Source of the DNA: Candidatus Latescibacterota bacterium
GTDB taxonomy: Bacteria > Krumholzibacteriota > Krumholzibacteriia > WVZY01 > JAKEHA01
Length of the DNA: 64,000 bases
Reading direction: 5' to 3'
NCBI GenBank assembly: GCA_963736125.1
Contig: CAVTNQ010000005.1
Span: 192,218 to 256,217, forward strand
The notes beneath the pieces are model-generated. The model did not search any database, was not told where the DNA came from, and worked only from the letters and a program-made list of their open reading frames with translations. Of the stretch, positions 9,973-18,838 are shown piece after piece (position 1 is the first letter of the stretch; each line of letters starts with the position of its first letter). The position numbers and the translations under genes were made by a program.

Positions 9973-10746
9973 ATGAATCTCGCCGCCGCCTTGGAAGCGC
10001 TTGGTCTCGCCCACATCGAGGCGCTCTCCTACACCCATCTCGTAGGCCATCCGTCGACGAGCGGCTATCGCGTCGCGCGCGGAATCGGCAAACCCACCGC
10101 CAACGTGTATCGCGCACTCGAAACGCTCGAGCGAAAAGGTCTCGTCGTTCGGGATCGTGGAACGCCGCCGGCTTATCGCGCGCTACCCCCCGACGAAATG
10201 CTGGAGCGACTCGAGCGCGAGTTCATGGAGCGAAAGGCGCGCGCAGCGCAAGAGCTTGCTGCTCTCAAGCCCGGTGTGGACGACGAGAAACTCTACGCGC
10301 TCAAGTCGCACGACCACGTAATTGCGCGGGCGCATCTGTTGCTCGCGGCGTCGCGTCGCATCGTGCTGCTGGAAGCACCGCATGCATCGGTCGCACGGCT
10401 GACGGCTGCCGTCCACGACGCGCGCGCTCGAGGCGTGCGCGTCGTCATTGTTACCGACGAAGCAGTCGCGCACGCGGACACCATCGTCGAGGCGAGGCGA
10501 CCGATTGGGTCGATCCGCATGGTGGCCGACGCGCGCGAGTCGCTCCTATCCGCACTGCCCAACGACGCCGGCGGCGTGCGCGAAGCGATCTGGACGCGCA
10601 GCGCGCTCTTGGGGCGTATGCTGCACGACGCGCTGGCGTCGGAACTCTTCTACGTATTGGTCGAGCGTGCGCTGGACGACGGCGTCAGCGTCGATGAAGT
10701 GGAAGCGGCGTTCGAGAGGTGCAAGACGGCGCGCGAGAGTCTGTGA
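9973..10746 (+). CDS. TrmB-family transcriptional regulator.
   Basis: The N-terminal wHTH GYRVARGIGKPTANVYRALETLERKGLV is typical of the TrmB N-terminal domain. Confidence 0.6.
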   Translation: MNLAAALEALGLAHIEALSYTHLVGHPSTSGYRVARGIGKPTANVYRALETLERKGLVVRDRGTPPAYRALPPDEMLERLEREFMERKARAAQELAALKPGVDDEKLYALKSHDHVIARAHLLLAASRRIVLLEAPHASVARLTAAVHDARARGVRVVIVTDEAVAHADTIVEARRPIGSIRMVADARESLLSALPNDAGGVREAIWTRSALLGRMLHDALASELFYVLVERALDDGVSVDEVEAAFERCKTARESL

Positions 10747-10767
10747 GCACGTCGCGTCGCCACACCG

Positions 10768-11520
10768 CTAGCGTCGCGGAGTTGCAGTCATCGCGAACTC
10801 GTCGACGGAGGCACGCGCCGGCGTGCGTCGCAGCCGACAGGCGACCGACGTCCCGCTGTGAACGCGCCCGTCGTCGCGAACGGTCCAAAGATCCTGCGCG
10901 GCGTCGAACTCGCACGTGATGCCCGACGACGAGAGCCAGAACGCCTCGGTGCTGCGTGCGAGTAAGATCAAGCGCGCCGCCGGCGGATCCATCGATCGAG
11001 CGCGCGCGCGACGCGCGAGCTCTTCGGCCGCGTCGCGCGGGGTGCCCAATCGAAGCTTCTCAGCCAGAACGGCGAAAATGCCGCGGCCGTCGTCGGTCAC
11101 GATGAGGTCGATTTGGCGCGCGGTCGTCGCGAGCTCGAAGGAGATCCACGATGCCCCCGCGTGCACGATCGCATTTTCGACGAGTTCCCTGAAGGTTCCC
11201 CGGCACGTGTCGATCACGACCGCCCGATCCCCCAAGAGGATCGGCGTCGCGTGCTCGGCCCACACCCGGGCGGCGTTCAGCACGGGTGTCACGCGAAACT
11301 CGCGCGAAAGCGTCGACATGCGCCTGAGCGCATACTCCCGCGCGCGAGTTTGGCCGGCCTGGTCGAGTACTCCGGCGTAGACGAGAGAGTCGAGGTGTCG
11401 GTTTGCGGCCTGTCGGGAAATCCCGTATGCTTGCGCGACTCGGCGGGCGATACCCTTGGGATCGTCATCGACGTGGTCCACGATGAAGCCTTGGATCGAA
11501 CGGGTACGGGTGCGCTCCAC
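10768..11520 (-). CDS. HTH domain fused to a GHKL (HATPase_c, RsbW-like) ATPase. A regulator or Ser-kinase-like protein.
   Basis: GTG start. The HTH is GIARRVAQAYGISRQAANRHLDSL. The N-box is ELVENAIVHAG and the G1-box is VTDDGRGI. Confidence 0.65.
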   Translation of the reverse strand: MERTRTRSIQGFIVDHVDDDPKGIARRVAQAYGISRQAANRHLDSLVYAGVLDQAGQTRAREYALRRMSTLSREFRVTPVLNAARVWAEHATPILLGDRAVVIDTCRGTFRELVENAIVHAGASWISFELATTARQIDLIVTDDGRGIFAVLAEKLRLGTPRDAAEELARRARARSMDPPAARLILLARSTEAFWLSSSGITCEFDAAQDLWTVRDDGRVHSGTSVACRLRRTPARASVDEFAMTATPRR

Positions 11521-11548
11521 GAAATTCCGTTTAGAGTCAGACCGCCGA

Positions 11549-11672
11549 CATTGTCAACAAGTTTTGGGTCGATGAGGATGCGGCATCCAAGTCTTTGTCA
11601 ACATTGGGCCACGTTTATTGTCAACAATTCTAAGCCGGCATTGTCAACATTATGACAGCACAGATTGTCAAC
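11549..11672. repeat. Array of five direct repeats [A/T]TTGTCAAC[A/T] (consensus ATTGTCAACA) in the divergent promoter region.
   Basis: Copies start at approximately 11551, 11595, 11619, 11641 and 11665, with spacings of 44, 24, 22 and 24 bp. The complement of each copy contains TTGACA. Confidence 0.8.
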
Positions 11673-11711
11673 TTTATTCCAGAAGACCATTCTTTATAAG
11701 AGATTGCAGAA

Positions 11712-12560
11712 ATGAGAAGCCTTCGCGAATTTCTCCAGACCATCCGGGTCGAGCACACCATCTTCGCACTTCCCTTCGCCTACGCCACCCTATTCCTTGC
11801 GGAGCGCGGCTGGCCCACGGCTTGGAACGCGCTCTGGATCACCGTCGCGATGGTGGCCGGCCGGACGGTCGGGATGGCAGCCAACCGGGTGATCGACGCC
11901 GAGGTGGATGCCAAGAACCCGCGGACAGCGTCGCGGTCGATTCCTGCCGGGCGCTTGCGCCTTTCGCGGGCGATCACCTTCACGCTTGTCGCCCTCGCCG
12001 TATTCGTGGTCGCCGTGTGGCAGCTCGATCCGATCTGTCGAAAGCTGTGGCCGGTCGTCGTCGTCGCGATGGTGGCCTACCCGTACGCGAAGCGCGTGAC
12101 ACCGTTCGCCCACCTCGTCCTGGGCGTCGTCTACTTCATGGTGCCGACGTCGGTGTGGCTCGCGGTGACCGGAGAGCTTTCGACGGCGTCCGTGCTCCTC
12201 GGCGTCGGAGCTGCGTTGTGGGTGGCCGGCTTCGACATCATCTATGCGTGCCAGGACGTCGACGTCGACCGACGCGAGGGACTGCACTCGATTCCCGCCG
12301 ACTTCGGCGTTGCCCGAGGTCTCGCGGTTGCACATGGACTCCATCTCACCTTCGTGGCGTGCCTATTCATGGCCGGTTCGATCCTATCGGCCGGACGTTG
12401 GTACTATGTCGGAGTCTTGTTGACCACGATACTCCTCATCCATGAGCACCGGCTCGTCAAACCCAACGACCTTTCGAAAGTGAACGCAGCCTTCTTCACC
12501 ACCAACGGAATCGTGAGCATCGCGCTCTTCGCGTTGATCGCGCTGGATACGGTGGTGTAA
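11712..12560 (+). CDS. UbiA-family aromatic prenyltransferase. A candidate menaquinone (futalosine late-step) prenyltransferase.
   Basis: 282 aa with 8-9 TM helices. NRVIDAEVDAKNPRT and DIIYACQDVDVDRREG are the Asp-rich UbiA motifs. It forms an operon with ubiX. Confidence 0.85.
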   Translation: MRSLREFLQTIRVEHTIFALPFAYATLFLAERGWPTAWNALWITVAMVAGRTVGMAANRVIDAEVDAKNPRTASRSIPAGRLRLSRAITFTLVALAVFVVAVWQLDPICRKLWPVVVVAMVAYPYAKRVTPFAHLVLGVVYFMVPTSVWLAVTGELSTASVLLGVGAALWVAGFDIIYACQDVDVDRREGLHSIPADFGVARGLAVAHGLHLTFVACLFMAGSILSAGRWYYVGVLLTTILLIHEHRLVKPNDLSKVNAAFFTTNGIVSIALFALIALDTVV

Positions 12561-12562
12561 CG

Positions 12563-13204
12563 ATGTCCGTCTACGCGGTGGGAATTACGGGAGGGAGTGG
12601 AGCGCCGTACGCTCTACGACTGCTAAACGCGCTCGTCTCGTCGGGACACGACGCGCACGTCGTCATTTCGTCGGCAGGGGAGAAGGTGCTGCAGCTCGAG
12701 AGCGGGCTGAAACTGGGTCGCACGCTGCACGAAAAAGAAGAAGCGCTGACGCGCGCGCTCGAACTCGTCGGCGAAAGAAGGGGATCGCTGCGTCTCTTCG
12801 ACCCCACGAATCTCGCCGCCCCGATTTCCAGCGGGTCGTTTCCGTGCGCGGGGATGGTGATCGTGCCGTGCTCGACGGGAACGCTGGGGCGCGTCGCCAA
12901 CGGCATTTCGTCGAACCTGATCGAACGCGCCGCCGACGTCGCCCTCAAGGAGCGACGACGTCTCGTCGTCGTCCCGCGCGAGACACCGCTCTCCGAGATC
13001 CATTTGCGCAACATGCTGGCACTTCGACAAGCCGGCGCCGACATCCTGCCCGCCATGCCCGCGTTCTACCACCGTCCGCGCACCATCGCGGATATGGTCG
13101 ACATGATCGTCGGCCGCATCCTCGATCGACTCGGCGTCGAAAACTCGCTCTTCTTCCGATGGGGAAAAGACACGGCGGCGAGCGACGTCGACATGAACGA
13201 CTAG
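12563..13204 (+). CDS. ubiX: Flavin prenyltransferase UbiX.
   Basis: VGITGGSGAPYALRLL...MVIVPCSTGTLGRVANG is typical of UbiX/Pad1. It starts 3 bp after the ubiA stop. Confidence 0.9.
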   Translation: MSVYAVGITGGSGAPYALRLLNALVSSGHDAHVVISSAGEKVLQLESGLKLGRTLHEKEEALTRALELVGERRGSLRLFDPTNLAAPISSGSFPCAGMVIVPCSTGTLGRVANGISSNLIERAADVALKERRRLVVVPRETPLSEIHLRNMLALRQAGADILPAMPAFYHRPRTIADMVDMIVGRILDRLGVENSLFFRWGKDTAASDVDMND

Positions 13205-13217
13205 CAGAAAGAAAAAA

Positions 13218-13247
13218 CCCCGCGCCGTTTCCGACGCGGGGCTCTTT
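13218..13247. terminator. Bidirectional rho-independent terminator hairpin.
   Basis: AAAACCCCGCGCCGTTTCCGACGCGGGGCTCTTT lies between the convergent ubiX and outer-membrane-protein genes. Confidence 0.55.
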
Positions 13248-13275
13248 CGAACCGAATCGACAGATCCGATTTGGA

Positions 13276-13830
13276 CTACAGGCTCCAGGCCAGGCCCGCA
13301 CGAAGCGACCAGTTCTTCACGTCGTTGGTGTCGTCGCTGATGACGTTGTACCAACCGGACGCGATGGCGCTCATGCTCTCGTTCATGCCGACTTTGACGC
13401 CGGCGCCACCCTGGTACCCGAACTTCGTGTCGCTGTTGCTCTCGAAGCCGGTCTGTTCCGAGTTCACCATGTTGGCCGAGATGCCACCCGCGATGAACGG
13501 CTGGAAGCGGACCGACGCGGTCGGGATCGTGAACTTGACGTTCGCGCCGATCGAGACGTCGCGCAGTGACACGTCGCTGGTCGGATCCACTGCCGTGGTC
13601 GACGACCAATAGTTCGCGAACGGGCTAATCTGGAAGTTCGCCATGGGCAAACCGAAATCCATGAAAACGCCCGCCATCCACGTGCTGTTTGGGTTGAAGC
13701 TGGGAGCGTTGCTCACGCTCGGGCTTACGTAGCCGGCTTCGAAGCCGACCGAACGAATCGGGCTGGCCGCGAACGCGTTCGCCGAAACGAACACGCAGCA
13801 GACTGCGAGAATCAAAAAGAGCTTCTTCAT
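13276..13830 (-). CDS. Small outer-membrane beta-barrel protein (OmpW/OmpA-like barrel).
   Basis: Start MKKLFLILAVCCVFVSANAFA (signal peptide). Alternating amphipathic strands run to the C-terminus GLAWSL. Confidence 0.65.
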   Translation of the reverse strand: MKKLFLILAVCCVFVSANAFAASPIRSVGFEAGYVSPSVSNAPSFNPNSTWMAGVFMDFGLPMANFQISPFANYWSSTTAVDPTSDVSLRDVSIGANVKFTIPTASVRFQPFIAGGISANMVNSEQTGFESNSDTKFGYQGGAGVKVGMNESMSAIASGWYNVISDDTNDVKNWSLRAGLAWSL

Positions 13831-14103
13831 TCGAGAAAACCTCCCTCGATGGGTCCCGGCGGAACTTCTTGAGGTGCCACTCGGCACCACCCACCGCGCG
13901 GGGTTCCCTCCACTGGTTTTAAGTGACCGGGATCACATTGCAAACCTGAGGCCAGACCCGGCCGCGTGGCGTGCCCGGAGCCCGCAACCATCATGGGGAA
14001 GCATCGGTTACAGGCGGATCGAACGGGCCCGGATGGGCCCTTGGGTACGGGCTGGGGTGGTGTCGCATTGTGCGGCGGGCGGAAGGGAGCTACAGTGACC
14101 CCC

Positions 14104-15915
14104 ATGTCTTTCCGCGACCTCCGGTCTTTTCTCGCCGATCTCGAAGCGATCGGGCAGTTGAAGCGCGTCCGCGTCGAAATCGATCCGCGCTTCGAAGTCG
14201 CGGAGATCGCCCAGCGCGTCGTCCGCGAAGAGGGACCGGCGCTCCTCTTCGAGCGCGTCAAGGGCTCGCGATTCCCGATCGCGATCAACTTCTTCGGGAG
14301 CTTCGCGCGTATCGAGCGCGCGATCGGGATGCACCCGGAGGAGCTGGGCGCGCGGTTGGTTCGATTCGCGGAGGAGTTGAATCCTCCCAGCCTCGGCCGG
14401 CTCGCGGCCGCCAGCGACTTTCTCCCGCGCCTGCTCGCATTTCGACCCGCGCGCGCGGCGCGCGGTGCCAGCCAGGCGGTCGTGGAAGGGAACCCCGACC
14501 TCGACGCCTTGCCGATCATCACCTGCTGGCCGCAAGACGGCGGTCGCTTCATCACGTTCCCGCTTGTGTTCACGCGCCACCCGCGCACGGGGAAGTCGAA
14601 TGTCGGCATTTATCGCATGCAGGTGTTCGACGGCACGTCGACCGGCATGCACTGGCAAATCCACAAAGGCGGCGGGTTCCACTATCGCGAAGCGGAGATG
14701 GCGGGGCACGCGTTGCCGGTGTCGGTGGCTCTCGGCGCCGACCCCGCGCTCATGCTGGCCGGCATCTTCCCGCTTCCCGAAGCACTCGAAGAAATCGCCT
14801 TCGCGGGCATTCTCGCCGCGCGCCGCACACGCCTCGCGCGCGCGCGATCGATCGACCTCGACGTCTTGGCCGACGCGGAGTTTGTAATAGAAGGAGAAGT
14901 GCGACCGCGCGAGCGTCACCCCGAAGGTCCCTTCGGCGATCACTTCGGACACTACTGCGACGTGGCGGACTTTCCCGTGTTCCGTGTCAAGACCATCACG
15001 CGCCGCGCCAACGCCATCTACCCGGCTGCGGTGGTAGGGAAGCCGCCGCAGGAAGATCGCTACATGGGCGATGCGTCGCAGATGATCTTGGGGCCGCTGA
15101 TTCGGCTGATTCGTCCCGAAGTGCGCGACGTGTGGGCCTACTACGAAGCCGGCTTCCACAACTTGCTGGTCGCGTCCGTCGAGGCGCGTTACACGCGCGA
15201 GCCCATTCGCACCGCGATGGGGCTCTTGGGCGAAGGACAGCTCGGGTTGAGCAAGGTGCTGGTCTTGGTCGACCGTAACGTCGACGCGCGGCGTTTCCGC
15301 AACGTGCTGCGCGCGATTCGCGACCACTTCGACCCGCGCGAGAATTTCCACCTCATCTCGCGCGCACCGCTCGACACGCTCGATTTCACCAGTTTCAAGA
15401 TGCATCTGGGCAGTCGCATGATCCTCGATGCGACGGGCAGCCGCGCGCAGTACTCGGGCGGGTCGCCCGCCGCGCACGACGCCGAGGCGCCACACGCGCA
15501 CGCCGCACCGCTTGCGCACGACCCGCGCGAGATGGCGCCGCACGTCAAGGCGTGGCGCGTGTGGGAGGACACCATGCTGGTGGTGCAGGTCGACCGCGTC
15601 GAGCGCGACATCGGGCGTCGTGTGCTGGAACCGCTGGTCAAGGCGCGCGGGACGGCGCACTTGAAGATCGTCGCGGTGGTGAGCCCCGACGTGAATCTCG
15701 ACGACGACGTCGACACGCTGTGGGGAATCTTCACGCGCTTCGACCCCGCGCGCGACCTCATGTTCACCGAGTCGTCGATGCAAGGTGTCCAGCCGCTGTA
15801 CGCCGGTGTGATGGGCATCGACGCCACCTGGAAGCCCGGTTACCCCGACGCCGTCGCCATGGACCCTGAGGTGGTCCGGCGCGTCGACGCGGGCTGGAAC
15901 GACTACTGGGAGTGA
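14104..15915 (+). CDS. UbiD-family (prFMN-dependent) decarboxylase.
   Basis: MSFRDLRSFLADLEAIGQL is the UbiD N-terminal signature. Also present are IITCWPQDGG, GIYRMQV, and HKGGG. The ORF-track start at 13966 is probably too far upstream. The protein has a C-terminal extension beyond a typical UbiD length. Confidence 0.85.
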   Translation: MSFRDLRSFLADLEAIGQLKRVRVEIDPRFEVAEIAQRVVREEGPALLFERVKGSRFPIAINFFGSFARIERAIGMHPEELGARLVRFAEELNPPSLGRLAAASDFLPRLLAFRPARAARGASQAVVEGNPDLDALPIITCWPQDGGRFITFPLVFTRHPRTGKSNVGIYRMQVFDGTSTGMHWQIHKGGGFHYREAEMAGHALPVSVALGADPALMLAGIFPLPEALEEIAFAGILAARRTRLARARSIDLDVLADAEFVIEGEVRPRERHPEGPFGDHFGHYCDVADFPVFRVKTITRRANAIYPAAVVGKPPQEDRYMGDASQMILGPLIRLIRPEVRDVWAYYEAGFHNLLVASVEARYTREPIRTAMGLLGEGQLGLSKVLVLVDRNVDARRFRNVLRAIRDHFDPRENFHLISRAPLDTLDFTSFKMHLGSRMILDATGSRAQYSGGSPAAHDAEAPHAHAAPLAHDPREMAPHVKAWRVWEDTMLVVQVDRVERDIGRRVLEPLVKARGTAHLKIVAVVSPDVNLDDDVDTLWGIFTRFDPARDLMFTESSMQGVQPLYAGVMGIDATWKPGYPDAVAMDPEVVRRVDAGWNDYWE

Positions 15916-15931
15916 CCGGCGAAAAATGGGT

Positions 15932-15960
15932 TTGACACCGGTTCGGCAGGCGGCTATCGT
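15932..15960 (+). promoter_or_regulatory. Candidate sigma70-type promoter (TTGACA-N17-TATCGT) for the RRM RNA-binding protein gene, which has a long 5' UTR.
   Basis: TTGACA is at 15932-15937 and TATCGT at 15955-15960. The 5' UTR contains a GUGC-UUCG-GCAC tetraloop hairpin near 16060. Confidence 0.4.
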
Positions 15961-16109
15961 TGATGCCGTTAGCTAAGTCTGCGTTCAATCTCGAATCGAA
16001 TCGCCCTCCTGTTTAGGTCCGCGACCCCAGTTTGAAGATGAGCGCTCGGAAGAAGGGTTCGGTGCTTCGGCACGCTGACCCGATACGTTAGTGGTCTGAA
16101 AGGAAACTC

Positions 16110-16454
16110 ATGAATTCGAAACTGTATGTCGGTAACCTGAACTACCAGACGACCGAAGAGCAGCTGCGTCAGTTGTTCTCCGAGGTAGCTCCCGTGACCT
16201 CCGTCGCTCTGATCACCGATCGCGAAACCGGCCGCCCGAAGGGCTTCGGCTTCGTCGAGATGGAGACAAGCGAAGGCGCCCGCGAGGCGATCGAGAAGCT
16301 GAACAACCGCGAGGTTGACCAGCGCACGATCACCGTCAGCGAAGCGCGTCCCAAGAAGGAGTTCGGCGGTGGCCGTGGTGGCGACGGCGGCGGCTTCGGC
16401 GGCGGCGGTCGTGGCGGTTACGGCGGTGGCGGCGGCGGACGTCGTCGTTACTAA
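16110..16454 (+). CDS. RRM-domain RNA-binding protein with a glycine-rich tail.
   Basis: RNP2 is LYVGNL and RNP1 is KGFGFVEM. The C-terminus is GGGRGGDGGGFGGGGRGGYGGGGGG. Confidence 0.9.
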   Translation: MNSKLYVGNLNYQTTEEQLRQLFSEVAPVTSVALITDRETGRPKGFGFVEMETSEGAREAIEKLNNREVDQRTITVSEARPKKEFGGGRGGDGGGFGGGGRGGYGGGGGGRRRY

Positions 16455-16485
16455 GAACGCAGCGAAACCAATTCGCTTCTAAAGA

Positions 16486-16516
16486 GCGCGGGGCTTTCGG
16501 GCCCCGCGCTTTTTCT
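16486..16516 (+). terminator. Rho-independent terminator.
   Basis: GCGCGGGGC-TTTC-GGGCCCCGCGC is followed by TTTTTCTTT. Confidence 0.65.
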
Positions 16517-16596
16517 TTGGGGGCCGCCGTGTGCGACATCCAAAACCTTGCATTCCCTCGTAGATAGGGTTGGAGTAGACTGACGAAGGAGAACAC

Positions 16597-17214
16597 ATGA
16601 GAACCCGCATGTTGACAGCAGTCGTCGCCGTGGCATTGGCGTTCGCCGTGGCGTCGCACGCCGACGAGAAGAAGCAGGACAAGAAGACCGCCGTCGCCAC
16701 CTTCGCAGGCGGTTGCTTCTGGTGCATGGAGCCGCCGTTCGACTTCATCAAGGGTGTGAAGCGCACGACGTCGGGTTACACCGGCGGCACGGTCAAGAAT
16801 CCCAGCTACGAGCAAGTGTGCACCGGCAAGACCGGCCACGCCGAAGCCATCGAGATCGAGTACGATCCCACGCAGGTGACGTACAACCAACTGCTCGACG
16901 TGTACTGGCACAACATCGATCCCACCGTCAGCAACCGCCAATTCGTCGACCGCGGGACGCAGTATCGAACCGTGATCTTCTATCACGACGAAGAGCAGAA
17001 GCGGCTGGCGGAGGAATCGAAGAAGGACGTGGAGAAGATCTTCGGAACGGTCGAGGTGCAGATCGAACCGGCCGGCCCGTTCTATCCAGCCGAGGAATAT
17101 CATCAGGACTTCTACATGACCAACCCCGACCACTACAATGCCTACCACAATGGAAGCGGTCGCGACCAACGCCTGAAGGAGTTGTGGGGCAAAGACGCTC
17201 CGCCGTCGCACTGA
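16597..17214 (+). CDS. msrA: Peptide methionine-S-sulfoxide reductase MsrA with a signal peptide.
   Basis: The signal peptide is MLTAVVAVALAFAVASHA. The GGCFWC active site and YHQDFY are present. An AAGGAG RBS is upstream. Confidence 0.9.
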   Translation: MRTRMLTAVVAVALAFAVASHADEKKQDKKTAVATFAGGCFWCMEPPFDFIKGVKRTTSGYTGGTVKNPSYEQVCTGKTGHAEAIEIEYDPTQVTYNQLLDVYWHNIDPTVSNRQFVDRGTQYRTVIFYHDEEQKRLAEESKKDVEKIFGTVEVQIEPAGPFYPAEEYHQDFYMTNPDHYNAYHNGSGRDQRLKELWGKDAPPSH

Positions 17215-17236
17215 TCGCGTCGACGCCCCCTCGACG

Positions 17237-17716
17237 ATGAACCCCATCGACTCACTCGACGCCCTCTCTCCGCAGTTCTGGATCCCGGTCGGCGTGTCGA
17301 TCGTGTGCGGTGCCATCGTCGGCTTCGAGCGCCAGCTGCGCGGCAAGCCGCTCGACGTTCGCACCGCCGTGCTCGTTTGCCTCGGCACCCACTTCTTCAT
17401 TCGCCTCGGCGTCGTGATCTCCGGAGAGCACACCGACACCATGCGTATCCTCGGGCAAGTCGTGACCGGGATCGGCTTCCTCGGAGCCGGCATGATCTTC
17501 CAGCGCGGCGCGCACGTGCAGGGACTCACCACCGCAGCCGTCGTGTGGACGCTGGCCGCGATCGGCGCCGCCATCGGATTCGGCCGCTACTCGGCGGCTA
17601 TCGCGATATCGCTGGTCGTGTTCCTAGTATTGAACGCGTTGGAATGGTTCGAGAATCGCGTGGAAAGAATGCGCCGCGGCGCGCACGCGCACGACGACGT
17701 CGAGCCGAGGCTTTAG
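17237..17716 (+). CDS. MgtC/SapB-family membrane protein.
   Basis: GAIVGFERQLRGKPLDVRTAVLVCLG...GIGFLGAGMIF is the MgtC signature. Confidence 0.85.
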   Translation: MNPIDSLDALSPQFWIPVGVSIVCGAIVGFERQLRGKPLDVRTAVLVCLGTHFFIRLGVVISGEHTDTMRILGQVVTGIGFLGAGMIFQRGAHVQGLTTAAVVWTLAAIGAAIGFGRYSAAIAISLVVFLVLNALEWFENRVERMRRGAHAHDDVEPRL

Positions 17717-18792
17717 TTCGTTAGCACTTCGAAGCGCTCCAGTTCCGCGTTGAACAACCCGAGCGCATTGATCACGTAGCCCACCACAATCCCGTTGTAC
17801 TCCAGTCCGACATAGCCGACTTCGCCGCGCGAAGTCGCGAGCCCGTTTCGGTACGCGGGAGCGCCGGTGTAGGGATTGAGCCGGTTGTATACGAGATCTC
17901 GCAACGTGTCGCCCGAAGGCGTTTGGTCGATGTCGATGTCGCGTGGGTACTCGCCCCCGTTCTGCGAAGCGAACGCTTCAGCGGCGGATCTCAACAGCAG
18001 AGCGGCCGATCGCACGACTTCGTCCTCGGGAGATTCACGCCTTCTCACCGCGATCTTGGAAATCCAGTCTGCACCAATTGATTCGATCAAGTAACCATCG
18101 TAGACGCCGTCCGCGTTTCGGTCCTGCGCGGTGTAACCCACGATGCCCGGTACACCCGTGGGATCTCCGTCCACGGGACTGGCCCGCAAGCCACCCAGAA
18201 ATGGAGTTGCGAGCAACTCGCCGCCAGGAAGAAGGTCAGAGAGTACGTCGCCGGACGGAAGCGGATCTGCACCAACGTCGGCAGGAAAATGCCCAGCCTG
18301 CCGATAGAACTCTTCGACTGCGGCGACGATCGTCTCGGAGTTTGCCAACACTGAATCATACTGAGCGACCAAGAGCGGTGAGACCATCGATACGTTGTCG
18401 AGCGTAATGAGAACGCCGTCTCGTCCACGCCCCGTTACCCTGTATCCGGCCGGCGGGTCGCGCCAACTCTCAGAAAAGAACGGGAGCACGCCAATCTCGC
18501 CCGGCCACTGGGGATCGTAGAAGACCGGCACCGTCGCGAGACCGGTGTAACGATTCGTGAGGTTCGAGCCTCCAGGAAGAAACGGGAGAATTGCCGAAAC
18601 TTGAGCGGGGTAGACCCCACCATTCGCGGCGGCGTAGGCTTCCAGCGCGTCGCGGACGACGTAGCAGTCGGCGATGATCTGCTCGTCCGTCGTCGGAGCA
18701 GGTGGGTCAATCGGTCGCGCTGTCTCGTCGTTGTCGCAACTCGAAACGACGAAGGTCGCGAGTAGTATTATGGGAAGCCACCGTTGGTGCAT
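17713..18792 (-). CDS. Hypothetical lipoprotein with an internal tandem duplication.
   Basis: Start MHQRWLPIILLATFVVSSC (lipobox). There are two roughly 150-aa repeats (ADCYVVRDALEAYAAANGGVYPAQV and LLLRSAAEAFASQNGGEYPRDI). Confidence 0.55.
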   Translation of the reverse strand: MHQRWLPIILLATFVVSSCDNDETARPIDPPAPTTDEQIIADCYVVRDALEAYAAANGGVYPAQVSAILPFLPGGSNLTNRYTGLATVPVFYDPQWPGEIGVLPFFSESWRDPPAGYRVTGRGRDGVLITLDNVSMVSPLLVAQYDSVLANSETIVAAVEEFYRQAGHFPADVGADPLPSGDVLSDLLPGGELLATPFLGGLRASPVDGDPTGVPGIVGYTAQDRNADGVYDGYLIESIGADWISKIAVRRRESPEDEVVRSAALLLRSAAEAFASQNGGEYPRDIDIDQTPSGDTLRDLVYNRLNPYTGAPAYRNGLATSRGEVGYVGLEYNGIVVGYVINALGLFNAELERFEVLTN

Positions 18793-18838
18793 ACCAATCA
18801 CCATACGGATGACATGGCATCGATCGTGCCAAGATTGC

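Noticed and set aside
11549-11672. Calling the TTGTCAACA repeat array the chromosomal origin (oriC)
   Set aside because: No dnaA or dnaN gene is nearby, the intergenic region is only about 190 bp, and the motif differs from the DnaA box at a conserved position. It is kept as an alternative hypothesis only.
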